Assembly: GCA_016212365.1 (NCBI GenBank)
Contig: JACRGL010000111.1
Coordinates: 1 to 46,871 of the forward strand
Reading direction: 5' to 3'
From: Candidatus Methylomirabilota bacterium
GTDB lineage: Bacteria > Methylomirabilota > Methylomirabilia > Methylomirabilales > JACRGL01
Length of the DNA: 46,871 nucleotides
The translations under genes were made by a program, and so were the position numbers. The notes under the pieces are model-generated. The model was not told the DNA's origin and made no database searches. It saw nothing but the letters and a program-made list of their open reading frames with translations. Shown piece by piece: positions 14,638 to 24,674 of this stretch. The number at the start of each line of letters is the position of its first letter. The stretch's first letter is position 1.

Positions 14638-15305
14638 AAATTAAATACACCAGTAGCCCCAGCTCTGGCCGATTCCTGAAGACCCAGGACTGAAGACTGG
14701 CGACTGTCTTCGACGTGCTCCCTCACCCCCCGGAAGGTCCGGCGGTGGATAGGGGAAGGGCCGTAGCGCCGGAGGGCCTCCATGTGGTCCCTTGTCCCAT
14801 AGCCCTTGTGCCGAAGAAAGCCGTACTGGGGAAACATGCGATGGTAAATGGCCATAAGGCGATCCCGGGTTACCTTGGCCAGGATGGAGGCAGCGGCAAT
14901 GGCAGGGCTTTGATCCTCCCCCTTAGGCAGGGCGGCTTTGGGAAAGGGGCTCGAGGGGAGGTGATTTCCATCAATCAAGAGGTAGTCTGGGGGAGGATGG
15001 AGGGCGGTGATAGCCCTCTCCATGGCGAGGAGGCTGGCCCCCAAAACGTTAAGGGCATCGACAGTCTCGGCCTCGGCTATCCCCAAGCCCATGGCTAGGG
15101 CGTTGGCTTGAATCTCTTCAAAGAGCTCCTCCCTCCGAGAGGAACAGAGCTTCTTAGAATCGGCCAGGCCCTCTATCTTAAATCGAGGGGGAAGAATTAC
15201 GGCCGCTGCCACTACCGGCCCTGCCAGGGAACCTCGCCCTGCCTCGTCCACACCGGCTATAAGCCGAAAGCCCAATCCCCAGAGTCTAGCCTCGTATCCC
15301 CTCAT
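14619..15305 (-). CDS. rnhB: Ribonuclease HII
   Basis: 228 aa, with IAGVDEAGRGSLAGPVVAAAV (catalytic DEAGRG), LIDGN and ASILAKVTRD motifs. The last 30 or so aa are a low-complexity tail encoded by repeat-like DNA. The start overlaps the stop of the upstream gene. Confidence 0.95.
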   Translation of the reverse strand: MRGYEARLWGLGFRLIAGVDEAGRGSLAGPVVAAAVILPPRFKIEGLADSKKLCSSRREELFEEIQANALAMGLGIAEAETVDALNVLGASLLAMERAITALHPPPDYLLIDGNHLPSSPFPKAALPKGEDQSPAIAAASILAKVTRDRLMAIYHRMFPQYGFLRHKGYGTRDHMEALRRYGPSPIHRRTFRGVREHVEDSRQSSVLGLQESARAGATGVFNLLRTDD

Positions 15306-15916
15306 GGGGAAGCCTTCGCGCTGATCTTACTGGGGGTGGTAATGCCGGCGGAGAGGATTACCCGCACCCCTTCTTCCACGGAGAGGTCGGGGAAGTAGAC
15401 CTCCCCCTTTTTGAAGAGGACGACCTCTCCCAGATAGAGGTTATTAGTAGGGATATACACGGCGAGGAGGTCCTCCCGCGCACCCTCTCCCCTTTCCAGG
15501 ATGCTCTCCTCGGTAAGGAAACCAAAGGAATAGGTGCCGGGACGGGGATACTCTACCATTACAAACTTCTTAAAGGCCCCTCTACTCCCGGGCGAGAAGG
15601 CATCCACTAGTTGTTTCACGGCGAAGTAGACGCTCTTCACGATGGGAATCCGCTGGAGTAAACCTTCTGCCCAGGCCAGCAGACGCTGTCCCACTACATT
15701 GGTGGCGACCGCACCTGCCAAGAAGACCAGGAGGATGGCGGAGAGGAAGCCCAGGCCGGGGAGGTGAAAGCCCAGGAAGTGAGCGTAGATGGGGGCCAGG
15801 AGGCCATCGATGAAGTTAAATAGCCACCAAAGGAAGGAGGCGGTGATCAATAACGGTACTGTTACCAAGAGACCGGCGATGAACCTGGTCTTGAAACCGG
15901 CTTTGAAGGTCTCCAC
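15302..15916 (-). CDS. DUF502 family membrane protein
   Basis: 204 aa. It has two N-terminal TM helices, then the conserved ...IPIVKSVYFAVKQLVDAF... and ...VYIPTNNLYLGEVV... pattern of DUF502. Confidence 0.8.
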   Translation of the reverse strand: METFKAGFKTRFIAGLLVTVPLLITASFLWWLFNFIDGLLAPIYAHFLGFHLPGLGFLSAILLVFLAGAVATNVVGQRLLAWAEGLLQRIPIVKSVYFAVKQLVDAFSPGSRGAFKKFVMVEYPRPGTYSFGFLTEESILERGEGAREDLLAVYIPTNNLYLGEVVLFKKGEVYFPDLSVEEGVRVILSAGITTPSKISAKASP

Positions 15917-15925
15917 CGAGGGCTC

Positions 15926-16276
15926 CTACTGGACGAACTTCTTTTCCTTTATGCGGGCGGCTTTCCCCCGCACCTTGCGGAGGTAATACAGTTTGGCCCG
16001 GCGGACCCGGCCCTTTCGCACCACCTCGATCTGCTCAATCATCGGTGAATGCAGGGCGAAGGTGCGTTCCACGCCCACCCCATAGGTTACCTTCCGTACG
16101 GTAAAAGTGGCTCGGAGAGTGCCGCCCCGCCGGCGGATCACTACCCCCTCGAACACCTGGGTCCTCTCCTTCTCCCCCTCTAGAACCCGGACGTGGACCC
16201 GGACAGTGTCCCCTGGGGAGAAGTCGGGGATGCCCTTCTTTATCTGCTCCCCTTCCACGTACTTCACCAGATCCAC
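15926..16276 (-). CDS. rplS: 50S ribosomal protein L19
   Basis: 116 aa, with [44 protein letters not shown]. Confidence 0.97.
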   Translation of the reverse strand: MDLVKYVEGEQIKKGIPDFSPGDTVRVHVRVLEGEKERTQVFEGVVIRRRGGTLRATFTVRKVTYGVGVERTFALHSPMIEQIEVVRKGRVRRAKLYYLRKVRGKAARIKEKKFVQ

Positions 16277-16346
16277 CTCTAATTCCTCCTCTCGTGGAAG
16301 CCTTTAGCTATTAGCCTTTGATTTTTTTCGTCTCGGCTAATGGCCA

Positions 16347-17084
16347 TTAGGCCAGTTCCTTCCGGATCTCCTCTAGAAGTCTCCTGTCTTCCTCGGAAAG
16401 AAGGGCCTGGGAAAGCAGGTCTGGCCTCCGAAGGAGGGTTCGCCTCAAGGCATCCTGCCGGCGCCAGATCCGTATCTTCTCGTGATCTCCGGAGCGAAGA
16501 ACAGGGGGCACTTCTAAGCCCCGGAAGGAGGCGGGTCGGGTATAATGGGTATGATCCAGGAGGCCAGCGGAGAAGGAGTCCTCCAGGGCCGAGGTCTCGT
16601 CCCCTAACGCTCCAGGAATCAGCCGCACCAATGCCTCAATTACCACCAAGGCCGGTAGCTCACCCCCCGCTAATACATAGTCCCCGATGGAGACCTCATC
16701 AGTGGCTAGATGGGTCCGCACCCGCTCGTCTACTCCCTCATAGCGGCCACAGATAAAGATGATGTGCCCTTCCGCTGCTAGCTCCCGGGCCAAGGTTTGA
16801 TGGAAGCAGCGGCCCTGGGGGCTTAAGAGGAGGACACGAACTTTCCCTGAACCCTGGGAGAGGTGTTCCACTGCCTCGAAGATGGGCTCAGGCTTGAGCA
16901 CCATCCCCGGCCCGCCCCCATAGGGGACGTCGTCCACCACCCGGTGCTGGTCGTGGGTAAAGGTCCGGAGGTCGTGCACAGTAATCTTGACCAGCCCTTT
17001 ATCCTGGGCCCTCTTAAGGGTGCTCTCCGATAGCGGTCCCTGAAAGATCCCGGGAAAGAGGGTTAATACATCATACCTCTTCAG
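16347..17084 (-). CDS. trmD: tRNA (guanine37-N1)-methyltransferase TrmD
   Basis: The track ORF starts at GVG 16979, but the same frame is open back to 17099. That stretch encodes the conserved TrmD N-terminus (L)[39 protein letters not shown]. No ATG, GTG or TTG is available there, so the 5' end is set at CTG 17084 (tentative). Confidence 0.9.
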   Translation of the reverse strand: MKRYDVLTLFPGIFQGPLSESTLKRAQDKGLVKITVHDLRTFTHDQHRVVDDVPYGGGPGMVLKPEPIFEAVEHLSQGSGKVRVLLLSPQGRCFHQTLARELAAEGHIIFICGRYEGVDERVRTHLATDEVSIGDYVLAGGELPALVVIEALVRLIPGALGDETSALEDSFSAGLLDHTHYTRPASFRGLEVPPVLRSGDHEKIRIWRRQDALRRTLLRRPDLLSQALLSEEDRRLLEEIRKELA

Positions 17085-17601
17085 CTTCCACCAACCCCTC
17101 TAGGAGATGGACACGGAGACAATTGCCTTCCAGATCCACCTCCTTGATAACCTCTCTGGTTGCAGGGAGCAACCACTCCCTGCCTTCCTTTTCCACCACA
17201 TAGACATCGTTGGCAGGCGTTGGGAAGACATCCACGACACGGCCCCAGTTCCGACCATCCCTATCCACCACCTCAAGGCCGATGATGTCATAATGGTAAT
17301 AGGTATCGGGGGGGAGCGATGGTGCCTCCTCTCTGGGGATACAGACCTCAGCCCCTAATAGAGACTCTACCGCTTCCCGGGAGTCGATGCCATGAAACTT
17401 GAGGAAAAGGACTGGCCCTTTCCCCTTCACCTGCTCCAGCCTTAAATAGCGCGGCGACCCTTCCCCTCTCCTTAGGTAAATCCCTTCTACGGCCCGGAGG
17501 TCCCAGGACGAATCCAGATAAGACAGGATTTTTACTTCACCCCTGACCCCCCGGGCCCTAACGACCTTTCCCAGGGCAATGAGACCTGGCCTAACCCTCA
17601 C
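17071..17601 (-). CDS. rimM: 16S rRNA processing protein RimM
   Basis: 176 aa, with [15 protein letters not shown] ... PRC-barrel C-terminus. The GTG start overlaps the stop of the upstream KH gene (GTGA). Confidence 0.92.
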   Translation of the reverse strand: MRVRPGLIALGKVVRARGVRGEVKILSYLDSSWDLRAVEGIYLRRGEGSPRYLRLEQVKGKGPVLFLKFHGIDSREAVESLLGAEVCIPREEAPSLPPDTYYHYDIIGLEVVDRDGRNWGRVVDVFPTPANDVYVVEKEGREWLLPATREVIKEVDLEGNCLRVHLLEGLVEAEEV

Positions 17602-17828
17602 TCCAGGATCTCGAGGACCGCCCGTTTATTGGCCTTGGCGGCAGTGGCGGCCAGCAGAGTCCTCATGGCCTTGGCCGTCCGGCCCTGTTTGCCAATGACC
17701 CGGCCCAGGTCCTCCTGAGCCACCCTTAACTGCAAGACGGTAGTCTTATCCCCTTCAATGGCCGACACACTCACCTCTTCCGGGCGATCCACCAGCGACT
17801 TGGCCATAAATTCCACTAGCTCCTTCAT
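17598..17828 (-). CDS. KH domain RNA-binding protein (YlqC/UPF0109)
   Basis: Start at ATG 17828 ([19 protein letters not shown]), with RBS AAGGAGGT 5 nt upstream. [18 protein letters not shown] is the KH GxxG loop. It holds the conserved position between rpsP and rimM. Confidence 0.9.
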   Translation of the reverse strand: MKELVEFMAKSLVDRPEEVSVSAIEGDKTTVLQLRVAQEDLGRVIGKQGRTAKAMRTLLAATAAKANKRAVLEILE

Positions 17829-17843
17829 GCGTGACCTCCTTAT

Positions 17844-17878
17844 CCGATTCCCGGCTCCGGGTTCTGGGTTATGAATCA
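17844..17878. repeat. Degenerate tandem heptanucleotide tract (CGGGTTC-like, about 5 units)
   Basis: CCGATTC CCGGCTC CGGGTTC TGGGTTA TGAATCA, immediately upstream of the RBS of the KH-domain gene. Confidence 0.35.
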
Positions 17879-17930
17879 CAGAAAACTGGCGCTAGGTGCG
17901 CCGGGACCTCTCTCTTGTTTAAAGGCCTGC

Positions 17931-18215
17931 CTATCCGCCTTTGGCGGACCCAGCCTTTAGCTCGGCGAATCTCTGGAGAATCCCTGCCGAGGAAAGGAGC
18001 TTCCTCACGGTCTCCGTTGGCTGGGCGCCTCGCCTGAGCCAGCGCAAGGCCTTTTCCCCGTCGATCTTGGCCGAGCCCTCCCCACCTCTGGGATCGTAAG
18101 TCCCTAAGGTCTCGATGAGTCGCCCATCCCTTGGCATCCGAGCATCGGCAACCACCACCCGGTAGAAAGGCTTTTTCTTGGCCCCTATCCGCTTCAACCT
18201 CATCCTGACTGCCAT
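17931..18215 (-). CDS. rpsP: 30S ribosomal protein S16
   Basis: 94 aa, with [42 protein letters not shown]. Confidence 0.97.
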   Translation of the reverse strand: MAVRMRLKRIGAKKKPFYRVVVADARMPRDGRLIETLGTYDPRGGEGSAKIDGEKALRWLRRGAQPTETVRKLLSSAGILQRFAELKAGSAKGG

Positions 18216-18232
18216 TCCTTCACCCCCGTGAT

Positions 18233-19570
18233 TCAGATGTTAGGAAAAGGGGGCATCCCTTTGCCCATCTTCATGGCCTTACCCCCTTTAAGGAATTGCT
18301 TCATGAGCCGCTCGATCTGGTGGAACTGTTTGAGGAGACGGTTTACCTCGGCCACAGTGGTACCGCTTCCCTGGGCGATCCGCCTACGGCGGCTGCCGTC
18401 AATAATCCCAGGGTTCCGCCGCTCCTTAACCGTCATGGAATCGATAATGGCCTCCATCTGGACGAGTCCCCGCCCCTCTAGCTCTACTCCCGGGAGGCCC
18501 TGGAGACGGGAGACGCCAGGAATCAAGGAGAAGATCTGGTCCAAGGGGCCCATCTTCTTGATCTGACGGAGCTCGGCCTTAAAATCCTCCAAGGTAAAGG
18601 TGGCCTCGCGGAGTTTCTGTTCTACCTCCGCTGCCCTCTCCCGGCCTATGGCCGCCTCCATCCGCTCCACCAGGGTGAGGACATCACCCATCCCCAAGAT
18701 GCGGGAGGCCATCCGCTCAGGATGGAAAACCTCAAGGGCGTCTAACTTTTCCCCCACCCCTATGAACTTGATGGGCTTACCAGTTACTGCCTTGATGGAA
18801 AGGGCCGCCCCACCCCTGGCATCACCGTCCAGCTTGGTGAGGATGACCCCTGTAAGGCCCAGGGCGGCATCGAAGGCGGAGGCAGACTTTACCGCGTCCT
18901 GGCCGGTCATGGCATCGGCCACCAAGAGGACCTCTGTAGGGTGTAAAAGCCCCTTTATTACCCGTAGCTCTTCCATCAGTTCCTGATCGATGTGGAATCG
19001 GCCAGCGGTGTCCGCCAGGAGGACATCGAAACCCTCCCTCCGTAGCCGGGCTAAAGCGTTTTGACAGACCTCCACTGCCGAGGTGCCATCATGGTGAACC
19101 TCCACCTGTAGACGCTCCCCCAGGGCTTGGAGCTGATCAACAGCAGCAGGCCGATAGGGATCAGCAGCCACCAACAGTGGCCTCCGGCCCTCCCTCTGAA
19201 AGAGCCAGGCCAGCTTTCCAGCAGTGGTAGTCTTGCCCGATCCATGTAGCCCTACCAGCATAATGGCAGTGGGCGGCACAGAGGCAAGGGAGAGCTGGAC
19301 GGCCTTTGCACCCATTAATGCGGTTAACTCCTCGTGGACCACCTTGATTACCTGCTGTCCCGGGGTAAGACTTGATAAGACATCTCGGCCGACCGCCCTT
19401 TCCTTCACCCGCTCCAGAAAGGACTTAACCACCAGAAAGTGGACATCGGCCTCAAGAAGCGCCAGCCTCACCTCTCGTAATGCCTCGGCGATATTGGACT
19501 CTGAGAGGCGGCCATGGCCGCGAAGCTTTTTGAAGACCTGCTCTAGCTTGGAGCTCAGGCTTGCAAACAC
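18233..19570 (-). CDS. ffh: Signal recognition particle protein Ffh
   Basis: 445 aa. NG domain with [20 protein letters not shown] and [14 protein letters not shown], plus a Met-rich M domain. GTG start. Confidence 0.98.
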   Translation of the reverse strand: MFASLSSKLEQVFKKLRGHGRLSESNIAEALREVRLALLEADVHFLVVKSFLERVKERAVGRDVLSSLTPGQQVIKVVHEELTALMGAKAVQLSLASVPPTAIMLVGLHGSGKTTTAGKLAWLFQREGRRPLLVAADPYRPAAVDQLQALGERLQVEVHHDGTSAVEVCQNALARLRREGFDVLLADTAGRFHIDQELMEELRVIKGLLHPTEVLLVADAMTGQDAVKSASAFDAALGLTGVILTKLDGDARGGAALSIKAVTGKPIKFIGVGEKLDALEVFHPERMASRILGMGDVLTLVERMEAAIGRERAAEVEQKLREATFTLEDFKAELRQIKKMGPLDQIFSLIPGVSRLQGLPGVELEGRGLVQMEAIIDSMTVKERRNPGIIDGSRRRRIAQGSGTTVAEVNRLLKQFHQIERLMKQFLKGGKAMKMGKGMPPFPNI

Positions 19571-19619
19571 TGGGTCCCCCGAAAACAGAGGATAAAATTA
19601 CAAGTGAAGCACCCCTTTG

Positions 19620-20171
19620 TCAAGAAGAAAAAGGCTCAGGTGCGGATCTCTCGCGGGCCAGCTTGGCTCGCGCCTTTATCAGCCTCACCTTATTTACCAT
19701 GAACAAGGTGAGGAAATAGGCGGCCACGGCTGCTAGAGCACCAACCACCGTAGTGCCTACCAACAAGGGCTTGAGAAGGGGCTTGGTTTTGACTACCACC
19801 ACTTTGATCCTGGCCCAGTCCCATTCCCACCAATTAAAGAGGGGTGCCAGCTTCGCCATTATCCTTTCACCACTGGGTCCACCCCTATAAAAGGGCTCAA
19901 TCCTCCTCTCCAATACGACCTTTCCCACTTGGTAACAAAAGCCCCACACTAGAGGTATGGCCGGTGGGATGACCACCAGAGAACCGGTAAGGGTGGCTGC
20001 AGCATTTACACGGAGGAGAAGGGCGCTCACCAGCGCCATAGCCGTATGAAAGCCATAGAAGGGGGTAAAGCTAATGAAGACCCCTACCGCCATCCCAGCA
20101 GCGATCCTCCATGGCTCCTCATCCAAGTGCAGGACTCGCTTGACCTTCTCTTTAAGGTCCTTCCAGCTCAC
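19620..20171 (-). CDS. DUF2062 family membrane protein
   Basis: 183 aa, with PWRIAAGMAVGVFISFTPFYGFHTAMALVSALLLRVN, typical of DUF2062. Confidence 0.8.
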   Translation of the reverse strand: MSWKDLKEKVKRVLHLDEEPWRIAAGMAVGVFISFTPFYGFHTAMALVSALLLRVNAAATLTGSLVVIPPAIPLVWGFCYQVGKVVLERRIEPFYRGGPSGERIMAKLAPLFNWWEWDWARIKVVVVKTKPLLKPLLVGTTVVGALAAVAAYFLTLFMVNKVRLIKARAKLARERSAPEPFSS

Positions 20172-20214
20172 CCTACCCTACCCTCCTACATGCTCACCCG
20201 GGACCTTCAGGCCT

Positions 20215-21906
20215 TCAACGATCCTCCCCAAGGGGTAGTTCCAGTTCGGGCTCTAAACTCTCTATATATAACCAGAAAGAGGGGCCAAACTCAACCCTCT
20301 TTCCTGCCTTGCGGAGCGTCAAAATCGTCCTAGAGGCTTGAGCTGCTGCCTCTTCTGCCGGGATGGCCCTCAGTAAGGCCTGGATCAATTCCCCCCCAGC
20401 CCCCGGACGGGCCATGAAGTTTCCCCAAGCTCGGCGGTAAGCGGAGGCCGCCTGCTCCCATCTCCCTCCCCTGTATAGGGCTTGGGCCAACCCCAGGGCA
20501 GCGTCAACCAGACGGGGGTCTCTCTCCAGGATGCGCTGGTACTCCTGGGCGGCCTCGCGGTGGCGGCCTGTCCGGTTAAGGGCCGAGGCCAACCCCAGAT
20601 GGGCCTCTAGCTGGTACGGGCCCTGGCGCATGGCCTCCTGGAAATGGGGGATGGACTCCCCATAGCGGCCTAGATACCCTAAAGCCAAGGCCAAATTGAA
20701 GTGGGCCTGGCCCGTCCCTTGCCCTTCCCGGAGGCCCTCCTCATACTCCATGATCGCCTCTCCGTAACGGCGGAGTTCAAAGTAAAGGTCTCCCAGTTCC
20801 AGATAATCCCAAGGTTTTAGGGTCCCTTGCTCCCGGGCTTGGCGGAAGGCCTTCAAAGATTCCTCTGGCCGCCCTGCCAGCCGAAGGGTCCGGGCCCACT
20901 GGAGGAGGACCTCCCTCTCCGCAGGCCCCTCCGCCAGATAGCGCTTGAACTGCTCGGCTGCTTCCCCATACCTGCCAATCCCCAGGAGGAGCTGAGCAAG
21001 CTCCAATTGTGCCTGGAGATGACGAGGTCGGGCCTCCAAGTAATCCTGATATTCGGCCACTGCTTCACCGCTTCGACCCCCCGAGGCCAAAAGCCGCGCT
21101 ATGGCCAGGCGGGCCTCATGGTCTTCGGGGTTTGCGCGAAGCACTTCTTGAAGATAGGCAATGGCCTCCTGGCCGCGCCCTGCCTGGATGAGGACCTCGG
21201 CCACTTCAAGGAGGACAAGACGGTCCCCGGGTTTCCTTTCCAGAACCCATAGGTAGGCCTTGGTCGCCTCCTCAAAGCGAAGGGCTTTACGAAAAGCCCG
21301 TGCCAGGGCGAGCCGCAGTCCCAGATCCTGGGGTTCCCATTTCAAGAGATTCCCATACTCGCGAGTGGCCTCCTCGTATCTGCCACTGGAATATAAGGCC
21401 TCAGCGTATCCCAGGCGGGCCTCCAGATGTTGGGGAAACTGGGCTATAACCCTCCGATAAATCCGGAGGGACTCCCCAATCCGGCCCAAGGATGCCAAGG
21501 CACCAGCCAGCTCCAGTTGGGCCCCCAAGTGGTCGGGGTCATCCCTCAGGACCCGCCGGTACTCAGAGACGGCCTCCTCCGGCCGATTCTCCCCTACCAG
21601 GACCCGGGCCAGGTCTAGGCGAGCTTCAGATAGGTTTGGCCAACTCTGGAGCAAGGCTTGGTAGATGACCCTGGCCTGGGCGTATTTACCTTCCCGGAGA
21701 AACCGACGGCCCTGCTCTAGCTTAACCCGGACCTCCGGTGGATAAGTCCGCCAGATATTTCCCTGAGCGGCCTCCGGGCCAGAAGGTATCTCCCTGGCCT
21801 CGCCCGAATCCTGAACCTCCAGGGCCTGGACCCAAAGAGGCCCTAGAAGGGTCCATAGAATGAGGGCGATGGAAGGGACCCATGCCAGAGTTTTAAAACC
21901 CTTCAT
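20215..21906 (-). CDS. Secreted tetratricopeptide (TPR) repeat protein
   Basis: 563 aa. An N-terminal signal-like segment (LAWVPSIALILWTLLGPLWVQA) is followed by many 34-aa A/L/Y/R-rich TPR-type repeats (...YAQARVIYQALLQSWPN...EAVSEYRRVLRDDPDH...). Confidence 0.85.
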   Translation of the reverse strand: MKGFKTLAWVPSIALILWTLLGPLWVQALEVQDSGEAREIPSGPEAAQGNIWRTYPPEVRVKLEQGRRFLREGKYAQARVIYQALLQSWPNLSEARLDLARVLVGENRPEEAVSEYRRVLRDDPDHLGAQLELAGALASLGRIGESLRIYRRVIAQFPQHLEARLGYAEALYSSGRYEEATREYGNLLKWEPQDLGLRLALARAFRKALRFEEATKAYLWVLERKPGDRLVLLEVAEVLIQAGRGQEAIAYLQEVLRANPEDHEARLAIARLLASGGRSGEAVAEYQDYLEARPRHLQAQLELAQLLLGIGRYGEAAEQFKRYLAEGPAEREVLLQWARTLRLAGRPEESLKAFRQAREQGTLKPWDYLELGDLYFELRRYGEAIMEYEEGLREGQGTGQAHFNLALALGYLGRYGESIPHFQEAMRQGPYQLEAHLGLASALNRTGRHREAAQEYQRILERDPRLVDAALGLAQALYRGGRWEQAASAYRRAWGNFMARPGAGGELIQALLRAIPAEEAAAQASRTILTLRKAGKRVEFGPSFWLYIESLEPELELPLGEDR

Positions 21907-23240
21907 CCTACAAGAACCAGACGGATATCCATGACGTTAGTGTTGGTGGGCCCGGTGATCACCAAGCTCCCCAGCTTCTCAAAGAAGGGATAGGAATCGT
22001 TTTCCTCCAGGTGCTTCCAAGGGTCCAATCCCAAGGAAACGGCACGCTCCAGGGTGCCCCCATCTGCCACTGCCCCTGCGGCATCGGTGGGGCCATCGGT
22101 CCCATCGGTCCCTGCGCTCCAAAGGACCACGTCCTGCAATCCTGCGATCTTTATAGCCGCGGCCAGGGCAAACTCCATATTACGCCCGCCCCGACCTTGA
22201 CCCCGGATGGTGACTGTAGTCTCCCCCCCCGAGATGAGGCAAGCGGGGGGCAAAAGCGGATGACCACTCATCCGGATCTCCCTGGCGAGGGCTGCATGAA
22301 CTACCGCCACTTCCCTGGCCTCCCCCTCGATGGAGGAGGAGAGGATGAGAGACCGGAAGCCCAGCTCTAAAGCCTTTTCCTGGGCAGCGAGGAGGGCTTT
22401 GAGGTTGCTCCCCACGACCAGGTTGGTGACCCGGGCAAAGATGGGATCATCCTCCTTTGGGGTCTCCGGGACCTCCCCCCTGATCCCGGCCTTAAGATGA
22501 CGAAGAATGGAGACGGGAACCTCATCCACTAGCCGATGCCTTTCTAAAATCTGGAGGGCCTGGGCATAGCTCGACCCATCAGGGACGGTGGGGCCAGAGG
22601 CGATTACATCCAAAGGGTCGCCTATCACGTCCGATAATATCAAAGTAGCCACCGCCGCTGGGTAGGCGGCTCTGGCCAAGCCTCCCCCTTTGACCTTGGA
22701 TAGGTGCTTCCTAAGGATATTGATTTCCCGGATGTCAGCCCCCGAAGCCAGGAGGAGGCGAGTAAACTCCTGCTTCTCTTCCAAAGAGACCCCCGCCACA
22801 GGGAGGGGCAGCAGCGCCGATCCACCCCCTGATATAAGGCAGATCACTAAATCGTCCTCCCCTGCCCCTTGCAATAACTCCAAGATGGCCTGGGTGCCCT
22901 GGAGGCCAGCCTCATCTGGAAAGGGGTGCCCAGCTTCATGGAGATGGACCTTCCGGGTCTCGGCTAAGTGCCCGTATTTCACGTTCACCCATCCTGTGGT
23001 AATCCGTTCCCCCAGGACCTCCTCTACTGCCCCAGCCATTGGCGCCCCCGCCTTGCCAGCCCCCACTACCAGAACCCGCCGGAATTGGGAGAGGTCAAAA
23101 CTATGGCCATCCGCTCGAAGCCACTTGCCCTGCCGGCTGAAATGACGCCGCACCGCCTCGGCCGGATCCACTGCCCGTAGGGCCGCCTGGAAGATTTCGG
23201 CAGCCGCCTGGCGAAGCTCGGCCCCATTTTTTTGGTTCAT
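21903..23240 (-). CDS. Glycerate 2-kinase / hydroxypyruvate reductase-like protein (DUF4147 + MOFRL)
   Basis: Start taken at ATG 23240 (MNQKNGAELRQAAAEIFQAALRAVDP). VLVVGAGKAGAPMA, LISGGGSALL and the C-terminal SAGTDGTDGPTDAAGA motif match the TtuD/GckA family. Confidence 0.88.
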   Translation of the reverse strand: MNQKNGAELRQAAAEIFQAALRAVDPAEAVRRHFSRQGKWLRADGHSFDLSQFRRVLVVGAGKAGAPMAGAVEEVLGERITTGWVNVKYGHLAETRKVHLHEAGHPFPDEAGLQGTQAILELLQGAGEDDLVICLISGGGSALLPLPVAGVSLEEKQEFTRLLLASGADIREINILRKHLSKVKGGGLARAAYPAAVATLILSDVIGDPLDVIASGPTVPDGSSYAQALQILERHRLVDEVPVSILRHLKAGIRGEVPETPKEDDPIFARVTNLVVGSNLKALLAAQEKALELGFRSLILSSSIEGEAREVAVVHAALAREIRMSGHPLLPPACLISGGETTVTIRGQGRGGRNMEFALAAAIKIAGLQDVVLWSAGTDGTDGPTDAAGAVADGGTLERAVSLGLDPWKHLEENDSYPFFEKLGSLVITGPTNTNVMDIRLVLVG

Positions 23241-23244
23241 CTCG

Positions 23245-23265
23245 GTCTCAGGTCTCGGGTCTTCC
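23245..23265. repeat. Tandem heptanucleotide repeat GGTCTCA GGTCTCG GGTCTTC
   Basis: Three phased units span the thpR stop codon and end 5 nt from the glycerate kinase ATG. Confidence 0.5.
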
Positions 23266-23847
23266 CAGGGGGAAACCCTCCAAAATAGTATAAATTGCCC
23301 CTTTAGGGGAAAGGTCACTCCGCATGAGGTCCACCCGCTCCACCTGCATACCGCCCAAATATTCGGCCTTGAGGGTACTCAAGCATTCAGCCAGCCCCTC
23401 CCGATTCCTGGGAGAGCGCACCCGACCTAACGTGAGATGGGGGGTATAGGACCGCCCCTCTCTGGGGAAGCCCCGCAGACCTAGGGCCGTTTCCAACCCC
23501 TCTTGAAGCCTCTGGAGTTCCAAGGCCCCATCTTGGATGCCCACCCAGACGACCCTCGGCGCTCTAGAGTTAGGGAAGGCCCCCAGGCCAGAGAGGGATA
23601 AAATAAACGGGGGCATGGTTCGGGCAATCCCCTGTAAGACCACCTTTACCGTATCCAGGCGTTTTGCCGACACCTCCCCCAAGAACTTGAGGGTAAGATG
23701 CAAATTCTCGGGCCTGACCCAGCTTACATCAGCGGCGGGTGCCCTGAGGACCTCTTGAAGCTGGGAGAGGGGCTGCCTGAGCCCCTCAGTCAAGTTGACG
23801 GCGATGAAGGAGCGAATGGGCTCGGATTCTTTACTCAAGGTCTTCAC
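23248..23847 (-). CDS. thpR: RNA 2',3'-cyclic phosphodiesterase (2H phosphoesterase, ThpR/LigT)
   Basis: 199 aa, with the two HxT motifs HLTLKFLGEV and HLTLGRV. Confidence 0.9.
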   Translation of the reverse strand: MKTLSKESEPIRSFIAVNLTEGLRQPLSQLQEVLRAPAADVSWVRPENLHLTLKFLGEVSAKRLDTVKVVLQGIARTMPPFILSLSGLGAFPNSRAPRVVWVGIQDGALELQRLQEGLETALGLRGFPREGRSYTPHLTLGRVRSPRNREGLAECLSTLKAEYLGGMQVERVDLMRSDLSPKGAIYTILEGFPLGRPET

Positions 23848-24674
23848 TGCCTGGACTTCCTCTCTTCCCTTTCCCGGATTCGCGCTTTTACATGCTGGAA
23901 ATAATCACTGTCTTGGATTTGGCCCTCCCGGGGTGGGAGGTGCGCGATGTCTCCCCTCACCTTGGCAATCCGCTCAGAGGTGGGGGGATGGGAGGAGAAA
24001 GACTTCTCCAGAAGGTCGGGTTCCCGCTTCTGGAGCGCCAGGAGCTTCTGAAAAAAGGCGATCATAGCGCCAGGGTCATAACCAGACCGGTATAGGTAAC
24101 GGACCCCCAACTCATCGGCTTCAGACTCGTCGGCCCGGCTATAGGCCAAAAGCCCGGCAGTGCCAAAAAGGTCAGCCACTAGAGCCTTCCAGAAGGCGGG
24201 GTTCGGACCCAACAGGACTGTCGCCAATAAGTCATAGCCATACATCATAGAGAGGCGGGCAGCCCCATGGCGGCCCACCACATGGCCGATCTCATGGCCT
24301 ATGACCCCGGCCAGCTCCGCCTCATTGTCTGAGGCAAGGATGAGCCCTTTATTGACGTATATGTATCCACCTGGAAGGGCAAAGGCATTGACTTCCTTGC
24401 TATCAACCACCTGGAAGCGGTAGCGGACATCCCTGCGGTCGGAGATTTGCGCCAGGCGCCCTCCAAGTTCGCTGATGTACTCTACCACTCCTGGGTCCCG
24501 ATACATAGGGTACTTCCGCTCCACCTCTCTGGCGATTTGCCTTCCCATCTCGACCTCCTCAGCACTCGATATGAGGATGAGCTGGGACCTCCCTGTTGGG
24601 GACGTGGCGCAGGCAGAGAGAAGTCCAAGAAAGAGAACAACTAGAAACGATCTGTTTATGACCTTCCGTCTCAA
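23844..24674 (-). CDS. M48 family zinc metallopeptidase, lipoprotein
   Basis: 276 aa with a TTG start. Lipobox LLSAC, zinc motif HEIGHVVGRH, downstream ESEADELG. Confidence 0.9.
   Translation of the reverse strand: MRRKVINRSFLVVLFLGLLSACATSPTGRSQLILISSAEEVEMGRQIAREVERKYPMYRDPGVVEYISELGGRLAQISDRRDVRYRFQVVDSKEVNAFALPGGYIYVNKGLILASDNEAELAGVIGHEIGHVVGRHGAARLSMMYGYDLLATVLLGPNPAFWKALVADLFGTAGLLAYSRADESEADELGVRYLYRSGYDPGAMIAFFQKLLALQKREPDLLEKSFSSHPPTSERIAKVRGDIAHLPPREGQIQDSDYFQHVKARIREREERKSRQ

Noticed and set aside
16340-16756. 138-aa plus-strand ORF antisense to trmD, and similar ORFs antisense to the TPR gene (20827-21252) and the glycerate kinase gene (22690-23145).
   Set aside because: These are shadow ORFs of GC-rich genes. 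They have Pro/Arg/Ser-rich composition and no translation signals.
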